Positions 31,253-41,031 are shown, counted from the first letter of the stretch. The stretch: 64,000 bases of DNA from an uncultured Solirubrobacteraceae bacterium (GCA_963735615.1 CAVTLO010000003.1:132079-196078), one strand, 5' to 3'. Notes: a model not told the origin generated them from the letters alone. Numbers and translations are program-made.

Positions 31253-31952
31253 CGACTCGGTCTCGGCACGCGAGCGCCGCATCGAGGATCAGCGCGGTGG
31301 CTCTGTCGGGGTGGGAGACCATCGCCACGTGACTGGACGGGATCGCGACTGTGGTTGCACCCATCCGCTCGGCGAACATCCGCTCGGCCGCCGGCGGAAT
31401 CGCTTCATCGTTCTCGGCCACCATGTACCACGACGGCAGCGACTTCCAGGCCGGCACGCCCATGACATCGCCGAACGTATTCCCGGCCAAAGGCTGCTGC
31501 ACCGCGTACATAACTTTCGCCTTCGCCGGCTCGACATCTGCGGCGAAGTGGTTGATGAAGTCGTCTTCGGAGAGCCACACAAAGCCCTGCTCGTCGGTCG
31601 TAGAGTGCACGAGCGCGGGCGCCGGAGGGCCCTGTTCGGAAAGTCCGCCGAGCGACTCGCCCTCATTTAGCGCGAAGGCGGCGATGTAGACGAGCCCGAC
31701 GACGTTCGGTGCGTCGGTTCCGAGCGAGGTGATGATGTGGCCGCCGTAGGAGTGCCCGGCGACGATCGTCTGGCAGTCTTGAAGGGCCAAGACCTGCCGC
31801 AGGCGTGCGACGTCGTCCGCGACAGATGACATCGGGAATTGGGGCGCCGTCACCTTGTAGCCCTCCGACTGCAGGCGTTCGATGACGCCGGCCCAAGAGG
31901 AGCCGTCGGCCCAGGCGCCGTGGACGAGGACGATGTTCGGTTGGTCGGACAT
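31242..31952 (-). CDS. Alpha/beta hydrolase
   Basis: IVLVHGAWADGSSW, GHSYGG nucleophile elbow, SSHVAMVSHP. Confidence 0.9.
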   Translation of the reverse strand: MSDQPNIVLVHGAWADGSSWAGVIERLQSEGYKVTAPQFPMSSVADDVARLRQVLALQDCQTIVAGHSYGGHIITSLGTDAPNVVGLVYIAAFALNEGESLGGLSEQGPPAPALVHSTTDEQGFVWLSEDDFINHFAADVEPAKAKVMYAVQQPLAGNTFGDVMGVPAWKSLPSWYMVAENDEAIPPAAERMFAERMGATTVAIPSSHVAMVSHPDRATALILDAALACRDRVVTA

Positions 31953-32200
31953 GTGGGTTCCTCTCGGTCGGTTGGGTTTGCGGCCACGAGCGGCTGGGAT
32001 GGCCCGGGTCGTGCACGTCTGCACGGCAACGGCTCCCATGGGGCCGGCCGATTGTGGCCTTCAGTAGCCCGCGCCTGGCTTGCATCCTCTAGCGACTATT
32101 GCTGTGACGGTGCCTGCGCACATCGCATGGTCATGCCATATGTAAACCAGCAGCTTCCGGTGAGGACGGCTCACCCAAGGCAGCCCTACGATCTCAGCGC

Positions 32201-33682
32201 ATGGCATCCGAGACTCCGCAGAGAGCGCCTCTCCCGAGACAGGTCGAAATGCCCGGTACGTCTGACGCGAGCGTGGCGAGCCCAAGGACGGCACTCATCA
32301 TCACCGTCTGCCTCGCCCAGTTCATGGTGGTCCTCGACGCGACGGTCACGAACGTCGCGCTGCCAACGATCGCCCGTCATTTGCACTTCACGCCCGGTGA
32401 CCTGCAGTGGGTGGTCACCGCGTATACGCTCGCGTTTGGAGGGTTCCTTTTGCTCGGCGGTCGATCCGCAGACCTGTTCGGGCGGCGGCGCTTGTTCACG
32501 CTCGGCGCGGCGATCTTCACCGCTGCCTCGCTCAGCAACGCCCTCGCGCAATCGCCTGCCGCGCTGATCGTCTCACGTGCCGCGCAAGGTATCGGGGCGG
32601 CGCTGATCTCCCCTGCGGCGCTGAGCATCATCACGACTTCAACCGCGCAGGGGCAGGAGCGCCGACGCGCGCTCGGCATATTCGCTGCGATCTCGGCGGG
32701 CGGAGGAGGGATCGGGCTCGTCTTGGGCGGCGTGCTCGTGACATACCTGAGCTGGAGATGGGTCTTCTTTATCAACCTGCCCGTGGGCGTGAGCGCTATC
32801 CTGCTTGCCCGGTCCTACGTGCCCGAATCTCACGCTCGTCACCGTGGGGGGAGCTTTGACTTGGCGGGCGCCATCCTGATCACGGCAAGTCTCGCGCTTC
32901 TGATCTACGCCGTGACCGAAGCGAACCGCTATGGATGGCTCAGCGCACGGACCGTCGGCTTCGGCGTAACGTCGCTCGTGCTGATCGCCGCGTTCCTAGC
33001 GACCGAGGCGCGGCTGGCGGCGCCGCTCGTTCCGCTGTCGATCCTGAGGATCCGCTCGCTGTCGGTCGCGGCGGTGGCCACCTTCCTCATCGTCGGCGGC
33101 CTATATGCGACGTTTTATCTCGGCTCGCTCTACCTGCAGGGCGTAAAGGGGCACAGCGCGCTGCAGGCGGGCCTGATGTTCTTGCCGCAAAGCGTCTGCG
33201 TTGCCGTCTTCTCCGCGCTTTCTCAGAAGCTGATGAGGCGTGTCACGCCAAAGCTGCTGCTGACGGTGGGCCTGCTGCTCGATGCGGCCGGTCTTGCTTA
33301 CCTCTCCCAGCTGCGGGTCGCTGACAGCTACACACATGGGTTTCTGCCCGGCCTCGTACTCATTGCCGTTGGCCTCGGGCTCTCGTTCGTTCCGTTGACG
33401 ATGACCGCTACCTCCGACGAGCAGGAGGAAGACCAGGGCCTCGCGTCTGGCGTGTTCAACACCAGCCAGCAAGTGGGCGGCGCCGTCGGCCTCGCCGTTC
33501 TGGCGGCCATAGCCTCGGCGGTGACAGCGAACGCGAGCAGCGGCGACCGGGCGGCGGCGCTTGTGTCTGGGTACACGACCGCTTTCACCGTCGCCGCGGG
33601 CGTCACCCTTACCGCGGTGATCGTTATTATCGCCTTTCTGCCCACGCGCAGGGCGCCCACGCGCGCCGGCGCCGCCACGTGA
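32201..33682 (+). CDS. MFS DHA2 (EmrB/QacA) efflux transporter
   Basis: FMVVLDATVTNVALP, GGRSADLFGRRR, RWVFFINLPVG; about 14 TMs; start uncertain. Confidence 0.9.
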   Translation: MASETPQRAPLPRQVEMPGTSDASVASPRTALIITVCLAQFMVVLDATVTNVALPTIARHLHFTPGDLQWVVTAYTLAFGGFLLLGGRSADLFGRRRLFTLGAAIFTAASLSNALAQSPAALIVSRAAQGIGAALISPAALSIITTSTAQGQERRRALGIFAAISAGGGGIGLVLGGVLVTYLSWRWVFFINLPVGVSAILLARSYVPESHARHRGGSFDLAGAILITASLALLIYAVTEANRYGWLSARTVGFGVTSLVLIAAFLATEARLAAPLVPLSILRIRSLSVAAVATFLIVGGLYATFYLGSLYLQGVKGHSALQAGLMFLPQSVCVAVFSALSQKLMRRVTPKLLLTVGLLLDAAGLAYLSQLRVADSYTHGFLPGLVLIAVGLGLSFVPLTMTATSDEQEEDQGLASGVFNTSQQVGGAVGLAVLAAIASAVTANASSGDRAAALVSGYTTAFTVAAGVTLTAVIVIIAFLPTRRAPTRAGAAT

Positions 33683-33962
33683 CCGTCGGCCGACGAGCCA
33701 CTCTCTCAACCCAGCGGCGCGGAACGTCGTCACGTGCGTACGACGGCGGGGTAGCCGTCGCCCGGGTCACCGGCGGCTCAGAGGAAGCAGCGCGATCCGC
33801 GGCGAATTGAGCCAGGCGTCCGATGCGAGACGGGAACGAAATCACCGCGATGCAGTGGTGATGGCCGGACCCCGATTTGCTAAATGTTGGTCTGGTAATT
33901 CGACTCAAAGAACAGTGGCCCAGGCTGACCAGCTGGGCGAATGCCCAACCCAGAGGTGGTAT

Positions 33963-34637
33963 ATGCCCGAGCCCGTTGACCCTCATCATCTCCTGCTGAT
34001 CGGGGCCGGACCAGGAGTCGGCGCCGGCGTGGTTCGGCGCTTCGGCCGCGACGGCTTCCGCAGCACCCTCATGTCCCGCAGCGAAACGCTCGACCAGCTC
34101 GCTCCCGAACTGCGCAGTGGCGGCCTTGAGATAGAGGCGATCGGTGCGGATATCGAGGATCTGGACGGCTACCGCGAGACGCTCGAACGGATCTTCAGCG
34201 CGCCGGGGGCCCCCGGCGTCGTCGTGTACAACGCTGCCCTGCCAGATCCAGGCGAGATCCTCGACACCACCGTTGAGCGGCTCCGAACCGCCCACGACGT
34301 TGATGTCCTCGGTGCCGTTGTCGCGGCACAGGTAGCCGTGCCCGTCCTGCGCGCAGCTGGCGGCGGCACCCTGCTGGTCACCAGCGGCGGCTTCGCCGAC
34401 AATCCAGTGCCCGCACTGGCGAGCCTCTCGATGGGGAAGGCCGCCCTACGCTCGGCGCAGACGCTGATTGCCGCCGGCGTCCGGGAGGACGGCATCCACG
34501 CCGCGACCGTCACGATCGCCGGCGCCGTCAAGCCGGGAACGGACTTCGATCCGGACAGCATCGCGGAGCTCTTCTGGACCGCCCACACCGATTCGAAAGA
34601 CGCCTGGCAGACCGAGTATCGGTTCACAGGCGCATAA
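33963..34637 (+). CDS. Short-chain dehydrogenase/reductase
   Basis: LIGAGPGVGAGV Rossmann motif; VVYNAA; SMGKAALRS; start reassigned to ATG 33963. Confidence 0.8.
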   Translation: MPEPVDPHHLLLIGAGPGVGAGVVRRFGRDGFRSTLMSRSETLDQLAPELRSGGLEIEAIGADIEDLDGYRETLERIFSAPGAPGVVVYNAALPDPGEILDTTVERLRTAHDVDVLGAVVAAQVAVPVLRAAGGGTLLVTSGGFADNPVPALASLSMGKAALRSAQTLIAAGVREDGIHAATVTIAGAVKPGTDFDPDSIAELFWTAHTDSKDAWQTEYRFTGA

Positions 34638-34951
34638 GCGCGATTTCGGCGAGCTGCCGGGGGTCTGGCCCGGACCCGATGGGAAGCATACGGGCCGGGT
34701 CCCAGCCCAAAACGGGGTGGTCGGGAAAGTTCTCGAAATCTCCGTGGCCGCTGATCCGGCAGCTCCATCAGGATCGGTTTGGCCCGAAGTCCGGCGACGG
34801 CCAGCCGCGTACGGCGGCTCACAGGGCTCATGGCCGTACCACAGTCCGCCGTGATCGAGCGTCGTATCCAACTCTCTGACGGGCGCCAGGGGCATCGCGC
34901 TGTGGGAACATGCGTTCGCACGCTGTCCGGTGATGCGGGTAGTGTGCGGCC

Positions 34952-35524
34952 ATGCCGTCAGTCGCACTCAGGATCGCCGACACGATGACGTGGGGAGACA
35001 TTGTCGTCGGCGTGAGCACCGTCCTACTCGTTGCGTTTACGGCTGGAACCGCGTACTTCGCCCTAAAAAGCGTCCGCCTGAGCGAGCGCCAATGGCGCAC
35101 CGCGACAGAGCCCGACGTGCATCTAGAGGTTCTGACGAATATGCGCACGGGCACGACAGATCTCGCACTCATGAACGCGGGCGGCACGTCGCGTGCGACA
35201 TGCTTCGCACTGAGCGTCGCGGGTCAGCGAGCATCGGGGTATGTAGGGGACGGGTTCCTCAAGCCAGGCGAGCGCATCCAAATTCATTGCGAACTCCCGC
35301 AATCCGAAGACACGAAAGCGCTCCTGCTCTTTCGGGGTATGGACGAGACCAGCTATGCCCGGGCTAGAGGGGGCCTTCGCCAAATGTTGAGTAGCGATCG
35401 AGACAGACCACCAACGACGATCAGCCGAGAGTGGGAGCGCGCCTACCCCGGCGAAACGTGGACTAGCGGGCGACCTCTGGCCAAACACGTCATCAGCTTT
35501 CCGGACCGCGCGCAAGCAACATAG
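34952..35524 (+). CDS. Hypothetical protein with an N-terminal TM segment
   Basis: Hydrophobic segment IVVGVSTVLLVAFTAGTAYFAL followed by a globular-looking domain; no recognised motif. Confidence 0.5.
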   Translation: MPSVALRIADTMTWGDIVVGVSTVLLVAFTAGTAYFALKSVRLSERQWRTATEPDVHLEVLTNMRTGTTDLALMNAGGTSRATCFALSVAGQRASGYVGDGFLKPGERIQIHCELPQSEDTKALLLFRGMDETSYARARGGLRQMLSSDRDRPPTTISREWERAYPGETWTSGRPLAKHVISFPDRAQAT

Positions 35525-35901
35525 AGACCGCCCGATGAGGGCGCGGCGGGGACTCCCACCTGGCCTGGCGCGGAGAAGCCTCTTGACTAGCTGGTGGTGA
35601 CTGAAAGAGACGATCATGTCGCACAAGCGGCAATCTACGACAGGACTACACGCCGCAGATCGATATGTATCAGCAGTCGATGAACTGCGCTGTCGCAAGC
35701 CGGCACTCGGTCCCAGCTGGGAGCCTCACGGAGGTAGACGTGGTGGCTGCCATCCCGTCAGATTCCCTCCTTTGTTTCTTTATCCGGATTAGTCTCGCTC
35801 TTTGCGGGAAATCCGTGTGTTTCAAGACCCACGCTCCAGGTGCGCACCGTAGTCTCGAACCCTAGAATCCGTCCAACATTTGCCTACCAAAGGAGCTGGC
35901 G

Positions 35902-36672
35902 GTGTCTGTAGATATCATTGCAAGCGTAATCGGCGCCGATAAGGCCAAGCGATGTTCAAGCGAGCAGCTTGATGTGCTAACGGAGGCACTTATCCGGGCT
36001 ATAGATGAGCATCCGCCGACACGGGTGCGACTCGAAGGGGTACTGGCAAAAATCCTGCTGGGCTTCTCCGTTTCGACCCATGCACCAGACGCAGTCAAAC
36101 TGCTCGATGCCAAAAGCAGCGTGATTTTGACTGTGACGCACTCTGAAAAGCCCTCCATGAATGGCAAAGGAAGCGAGAGCACGCGCTCTGTTCTCATTGA
36201 GGGCCCTATCGGTTCTGTCGTTACGTGCTATGACGATCAGCTTTTCCGCGTTGATGAGAACTCTGTCGTTCTCGTCAAGACTACCTCTAACGATATAGAG
36301 GTTCCCATTGCGACCGACTTCGTGTCTGGTGATCTGCCGGAAGGGATCTATCGCGGCAACGCGGACGGGTATATCTGGCAGCTGAATAAGGTCGTTGAGG
36401 TCGTTGGGCAAAGCTTCTGGGAAGAGGTCGAGGGTGCTACAAAGTGGGTCATCGAATGGGTCATAGAACACTGGGGCGGCCAGGATCCCGACCCCGATTC
36501 CGAAGAATTTCTAGAACTGTCAACAGACTTGGCGGAAAGCCCGACGATGCATCCGGTGCCGGACCTCCCACCCGGTGTCGTTGGCTACGCTCTCGATGGA
36601 AGCGGTAGCCACTCCACCAATAATCATGTAGACAACCTGTCCAGTATCAAGCTCGGCAACGCGCCCGAATAA
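35902..36672 (+). CDS. Hypothetical protein in a lower-GC segment
   Basis: SD AAGGAG 7 nt before GTG; 256-aa ORF; followed by a strong hairpin. Confidence 0.6.
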   Translation: MSVDIIASVIGADKAKRCSSEQLDVLTEALIRAIDEHPPTRVRLEGVLAKILLGFSVSTHAPDAVKLLDAKSSVILTVTHSEKPSMNGKGSESTRSVLIEGPIGSVVTCYDDQLFRVDENSVVLVKTTSNDIEVPIATDFVSGDLPEGIYRGNADGYIWQLNKVVEVVGQSFWEEVEGATKWVIEWVIEHWGGQDPDPDSEEFLELSTDLAESPTMHPVPDLPPGVVGYALDGSGSHSTNNHVDNLSSIKLGNAPE

Positions 36673-36683
36673 TTGAAGTCGCT

Positions 36684-36718
36684 CGTAGTGTGCCGGTCAC
36701 CTCAGCCGGCACACTACG
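36684..36718. terminator. 13-bp stem hairpin, probable terminator
   Basis: cgtagtgtgccgg-tcacctcag-ccggcacactacg just after the stop at 36672; no U-tract. Confidence 0.6.
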
Positions 36719-37108
36719 GCCCGGCGTGAGACTCAAAAGCATAAGCCGCCGGGTCGCGTCGCACAATCGGCGTTGGGCGGCCCAGAAGGAGCCGGCCCCT
36801 CCCAAGAGAGAACCGGCTCCAGATGCTACTTGCTTCTAATGAGAACTACGAGAAGAACTAGAAAGATAATTATAAAACTATCGTTCAATGCCTTCCTTTC
36901 AATGGTGCCGAAACAGATTCCTAGATCCTTCTTCGGAATCAGAACCAATGAGTAGGTTTGCGGAGCCTACAGCAACGGGCCACCCCGGCGACAGCTCCAG
37001 AGGTCGGAAGCTTGTGCCTGTCCACGTCGCACAAGTGCCGCTGCGCGACGCCAGGCGTCGTCCGTGGCTATTGGCGGAGCGTCACTCCTGCTCGCTTGCT
37101 GTCTGCCG

Positions 37109-37483
37109 CTAGCGCTCTGTGGCCTTGGCGGCGCCACGTAGCGTGCTGACGCCGAAGTCCTTGTGCAGGATCTGATCGGCGCGTGAGGGGCTGACGCCGT
37201 ACCGGCGTCCTGTCTCGCGCAGCGTGAGGCCCTCGATGAAGCGCAGGCGGAACATCTCAATGCTGCGCTCGTCCGGGAGCCGCACCCAGCCCCATTGGTT
37301 CGGGAGCGCCAGGCCACGCCTGTGCAGTCGCCGGACGATCTCATAGACCTTGGTTGGGCCGATGTCGGGGTGCTGCATCAGCTCGACGTTGGAGTGACTG
37401 GTCAGCTGCGTGACGTTGACGATGCCCGCCGAGTGCAGGCAGGCGAGCGTGGCGGGCCTAAGGCCCAGCTCGCTGACGCGCAT
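37109..37483 (-). CDS. Small protein: RNA polymerase alpha-CTD-like domain fused to a sigma70 region-4-like HTH
   Basis: RVSELGLRPATLACLHSAGIVNVTQL...VELMQHPDIGPTKVYEIVRRLHRRGLAL aligns by eye to alphaCTD; FRLRFIEGLTLRETGRRYGVSPSRADQI resembles sigma region 4. Confidence 0.7.
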   Translation of the reverse strand: MRVSELGLRPATLACLHSAGIVNVTQLTSHSNVELMQHPDIGPTKVYEIVRRLHRRGLALPNQWGWVRLPDERSIEMFRLRFIEGLTLRETGRRYGVSPSRADQILHKDFGVSTLRGAAKATER

Positions 37484-37495
37484 GGCCGTGCCCGC

Positions 37496-37762
37496 TCAGG
37501 CGACGTTGTGTCCGACCATCTGGATGTGGCGTACCGCCGCGCGGCTGGCGAAGACGTGGCCGTCTGAGGTGCGGTGGACGAGCCCGGCCTGTTGCAGCGA
37601 CAGGATGTAGTCGATGACGTCGGGCTTTTCCATCTCGCGCCCCAAGTCCTCGAGCGTCCACAGCGGCTGGTTGTCTTCGGGGTCGGTAAGGACGTAGAGG
37701 ATGTCGCGTTCGGTTTCGCGGGTCTTCCTGAGCGGGTCGTGGATAGGCTGCTGATCGGGCAT
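37496..37762 (-). CDS. Small hypothetical protein, winged-helix-like
   Basis: WTLEDLGREM...LQQAGLVHRTSDGHVFASRAA; AAGGAG upstream; co-oriented with the gene at 37483. Confidence 0.55.
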   Translation of the reverse strand: MPDQQPIHDPLRKTRETERDILYVLTDPEDNQPLWTLEDLGREMEKPDVIDYILSLQQAGLVHRTSDGHVFASRAAVRHIQMVGHNVA

Positions 37763-38051
37763 GGGGAGTTACAGCTCCTTCGTGTCCGGGCCTCGGCGCG
37801 GGAGAAGACGTGCCGAGGCCGCTTTGGCTTACGGAGCCGGCCAGGCTAGGGCTGCGTCGCCTGATGAGTCAAGGTGTGGAGCCGCGCTCTTCATGGGCTT
37901 GGGGCTGGCTTCCGGTAGCAAGCGGGACTTCGTCATGGGCGAGCGCATCGTCGTACGTCCGACCCTTACCGACCAGCCCTGTCTCGATAGAAGCGTATGC
38001 CTCGGTAGGGCGTTATACGATCTAGGATCGACTATGCAGTGATCCCACCCT

Positions 38052-38141
38052 GGAGGGGTGGCAGAGTGGTTGAATGCGGCGCTCTCGAAAAGCGTTGTGC
38101 GTCTGATTGGCGTACCGGGAGTTCGAATCTCCCCCCCTCCG
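38052..38141 (+). tRNA. tRNA-Ser(CGA), intact
   Basis: GGAGGGG/CCCCTCC acceptor stem, anticodon arm GCGCT-CTCGAAA-AGCGT, long variable arm, TTCGAAT T-loop, G73; TAGGAT -10-like box at 38023. Confidence 0.95.
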
Positions 38142-38282
38142 TTTTCGCCGGGTTCGTGACGGTTGTTCGAACCCCGCTCCGACTGAAGGCCGGCCGCGCG
38201 CTCGGTGAGTGAGGCGTAGACCTTGGTCTAGCGGTCCGGTGCTGTCGGTTGTATGTGCCGACGGTTGGACTACGCTAAGCGG

Positions 38283-38963
38283 ATGGCTGCTCGCATCGAA
38301 CAACGCGCACTGACCCCCAGGTACACGATCAGCGAGGCTGCCACGCTCATTGGGCGACGCCCCGAGACGGTCAGTCGGTGGAGCTTCGGCCACGAACGTC
38401 TCTACAAGGGCCAGCCTCGCCGAGATGATCCGCTGATCCCGGCAGACGGAGCCAAGGGCGGGCTCGCGCTGTCCTTCCTCAATCTGCTTGAACTCAAGAC
38501 CCTCTCGATGTACCGGGGCGACGCTGCCCTTCAAGCCATTCGACGCGCCCTTGAGTACGTAGGCAAAGAGCTCGGCGAGCAACGTCCGCTGATGACCAGG
38601 CAGTTCCAGGTATACGGCGGCGATCTGCTCACGAAGTTCATCGAGACCGACGACGGCGCAATGCTCCTCAATGCATCCCGAGGCGGGCAGCTTGCCGCGG
38701 AGAAGCTCGTTGAAGGCACACTCTGGACGCGGGACATCGACTACGACGAGGACGAGCGTGCGCGGCGCTGGTGGTTCAAGACTAGGGCTGTGCCAGTGGT
38801 TGTGGACACACGGGTCGCTGGCGGGCACCCGATTACGGCTGGGACCGGTGTGCGTCTAGACGCGATTGCGACTCGCCATCGCGAGGGCTATTCGAGCGAC
38901 GAAATCGAGCGCGACACTGGCGCCACAGAGGCCGAGGTGGTCGCGGCCATTCTGGCGGCGTGA
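38283..38963 (+). CDS. HTH + DUF433 antitoxin (VapB45-like)
   Basis: N-terminal YTISEAATLIG HTH; C-terminal GGHPITAGTGVRLDAI...GYSSDEI...EVVAAI (DUF433). Confidence 0.8.
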   Translation: MAARIEQRALTPRYTISEAATLIGRRPETVSRWSFGHERLYKGQPRRDDPLIPADGAKGGLALSFLNLLELKTLSMYRGDAALQAIRRALEYVGKELGEQRPLMTRQFQVYGGDLLTKFIETDDGAMLLNASRGGQLAAEKLVEGTLWTRDIDYDEDERARRWWFKTRAVPVVVDTRVAGGHPITAGTGVRLDAIATRHREGYSSDEIERDTGATEAEVVAAILAA

Positions 38964-39390
38964 TTCGCGACCTCTACGTCGAGAACTCAGTCGGTCGCGC
39001 TCTGACCGACACGATCAATCGCCTCACACGAAACCACGGGGTGACCGCGCACTTTCAGCACGACATCCACCCCGAGATGCAACGTCCCCAGAAAGGCGAC
39101 GAGTGGTGGATCGCAGACATAGCGCTGCGGGGCATGGCGATTCTCACGCAAGACGCCGCGATTCTCGGCATACGCCAGATGGTTCAACAGGGAATTATGA
39201 CCGCCGAGCGACAGGCCGTTGTTGAGAACGCGGCGCATGTCTTCGCGTTCGGCGACGCCAATACAGCCAGTGGCAGAAGCTTCGCTGCTTGCTCGACCAC
39301 TGGGATGCAATCGTGGCTCTGCTCGGTACGCCCGGCCCCCAGGCAGGTGTGCTCCACATCAGCAGCTTTCGCGCCGAGATCTTTCCCTAG
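38960..39390 (+). pseudogene. VapC45-like PIN toxin with a single-base frameshift at ~39260
   Basis: DEWWIADIALRGMAILTQDAAI; continuation YSQWQKLRCLLDHWDAIV...EIFP* in another frame; GTGA overlap with the antitoxin. Confidence 0.65.
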
Positions 39391-39765
39391 CGCCAACGCA
39401 CGGCTACGGAGCGTCGAAGCGCCTAGCGCGCAGCTCGCTAATGCGCTTCCACACAAGGTTCGGGTTCGAGCTTCGTCTCTCGCTCTCCGTATCTACACCG
39501 GCTGCTCGGCACAAGAAGCATGCAGCCGAGCGGCCTGAGCTGGCATCGTGGCTACCTCCAGAGCGCTCGCGGTCGCGGCGCGAAATCCCACGTCGCGGGC
39601 GTCTCGGGCGATGGGCGGTCCACCTGAGTGAGTCGCACAGGCTCGCCGCGCGCGATCCTCGACGCAGACATCGCCTACTCGCGCGCGTCCTGCACGAGCT
39701 GGTGGGGGGCGCGTTGCGGACGACTTGCGCGTGCTGGACCACAGAGCATGGCGCCCTGCGACGCG

Positions 39766-40200
39766 CTAGGAGACGGCGACGAGCTGTAGCTCGGATGCCT
39801 TCTCTGGCTGGTCCTCGAATCCGACGACCAGGTGCGTGCCGAACGCTTCCGCCAGTCTTCGTAGCGTCGTCACGCTCGTGGGGTGCTGGCCGCTCTCGAT
39901 GCGGGAGATCACTGAGTGGCTTGTGCCGACGCGCTCGGCAAGCTCTTGCTGGGTCAGACCGAGCGCCTGGCGACGTGCGATAACGATCCGGGCGATTCCC
40001 TCGTACGGAGCGATCCGTGAGAGCTCCTGCCGGTACACGGCGCTTCGCTGTGCACGGCGCCGGCTCGCGGCCCGATGAGTCGAGCCCACTGGTGAGACGT
40101 TCGCGCTTGCGGTTGCGGTCTTCTCTGGGGTTGACTTGGTTTTCGGCAGGATGTCCTCTCCATCGATAGTTATCGAGCGAGCCACGGATGACCTTAGCAT
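39766..40200 (-). CDS. XRE-family HTH antitoxin (HigA-like)
   Basis: RRQALGLTQQELAERVGTSHSVISRIESGQH; downstream of the RelE-like gene; true start may be ~50 nt downstream. Confidence 0.8.
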   Translation of the reverse strand: MLRSSVARSITIDGEDILPKTKSTPEKTATASANVSPVGSTHRAASRRRAQRSAVYRQELSRIAPYEGIARIVIARRQALGLTQQELAERVGTSHSVISRIESGQHPTSVTTLRRLAEAFGTHLVVGFEDQPEKASELQLVAVS

Positions 40201-40218
40201 TATTGCTAAACGATCTTG

Positions 40219-40621
40219 CTAGGGAGCGTCGTGCCCGGCGGCGCGTGGCGGTCGCCGTCGAGGCGCGTCCATTCTTCGCTTGAAGTCCTCCCAGCGCGCC
40301 TCCGCGATCACGATGTCCGCCTCTGGAATCGCGGCCGTGTCCTTGCGCAGCATGTGAAGCAGGATGATTCAGGTTGCCGGAGCGTCGGTAGAGAACTCGA
40401 TAGAGCTCGGAGCCGTAGTGGCAGCGCAGCTCACGCAACTGGCCGCGCACCTGGCTCGAGTGCGGGAATGGCGGCGGCGGTGCCGTGGTTGGCTGATCGT
40501 TCAGTCGATCGATCTGCAGGTCGATCGTCGGCTGCTTGCGCTCGTTGAGCCCCGCAACGAAATCGTCGACCGGCTCGGACCCATCCGGTGCGCGATAGTA
40601 GACAGCTTGCGTGCGAGGCAC
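40219..40621 (-). pseudogene. RelE/HigB (Gp49-like) toxin with a +1 frameshift at ~40368
   Basis: YYRAPDGSEPVDDFV, GQLRELRCHYGSELYRVLY, then IILLHMLRKDTAAIPEADI in the shifted frame to TAG at 40219. Confidence 0.7.
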
Positions 40622-40650
40622 GCCGCATTTCTACCGATGCGCCCGGTCGG

Positions 40651-40899
40651 GCAAACGCTCAACCAACTTTCCGGTTCTCGCGCCAAACTCGCGCCAGTCC
40701 GGCCGCGGATCGAGCGGTCTCAGGCGGTTAACAGCGGTTTCGCGGCGTCGAGCATCCGCAGCGACCACCCCGCCGAATCCCGCTCAACCATGCGGGAAAC
40801 GGCTCAGGAAAGCCAAGAATCTCGGCGCGGGCAAAAGACACGATTCTTCGGAGCCTGGGATTTCGAGGCTGCCGCATTCAACCGCTCTGCCACCCCTCC
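40651..40899 (-). repeat. 249-bp att-like module, copy A (tRNA 5' half + arm region)
   Basis: Collinear with 49309-49557 at a constant offset of 8658: a 27-bp identical block (40674-40700), a 28/29 block (40778-40806) and the tRNA 5' half. Confidence 0.85.
40861..40899 (-). other. tRNA-Ser(CGA) 5' half A, ending exactly at the anticodon loop
   Basis: GGAGGGGTGGCAGAGCGGTTGAATGCGGCAGCCTCGAAA followed by non-tRNA sequence TCCCAGG; TACATT -10-like box upstream at 40919-40924. Confidence 0.9.
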
Positions 40900-41031
40900 A
40901 TGAAGTGGATGGTAAGGAAATGTATAGCGCGCTGGAAAGATCGAGAGCGCTAGACATTGGTCCAAGGCTCGCGCTGACGGGTAGATTGACCGCTGCGCAG
41001 CACACCGGCGCGTTAATATCACCCTACACGG

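Noticed and set aside
26403-38141. Functional link between tadA and the tRNA-Ser island
   Set aside because: TadA edits tRNA-Arg(ACG). tadA and tRNA-Ser(CGA) are neighbours in other actinobacteria, so proximity reflects synteny, and no tRNA fragment was found right after tadA.
39630-39765. Third PIN-domain toxin gene
   Set aside because: Only ~25 codons resemble a PIN N-terminus, with a frameshift and no continuation; too degraded to call as a feature.
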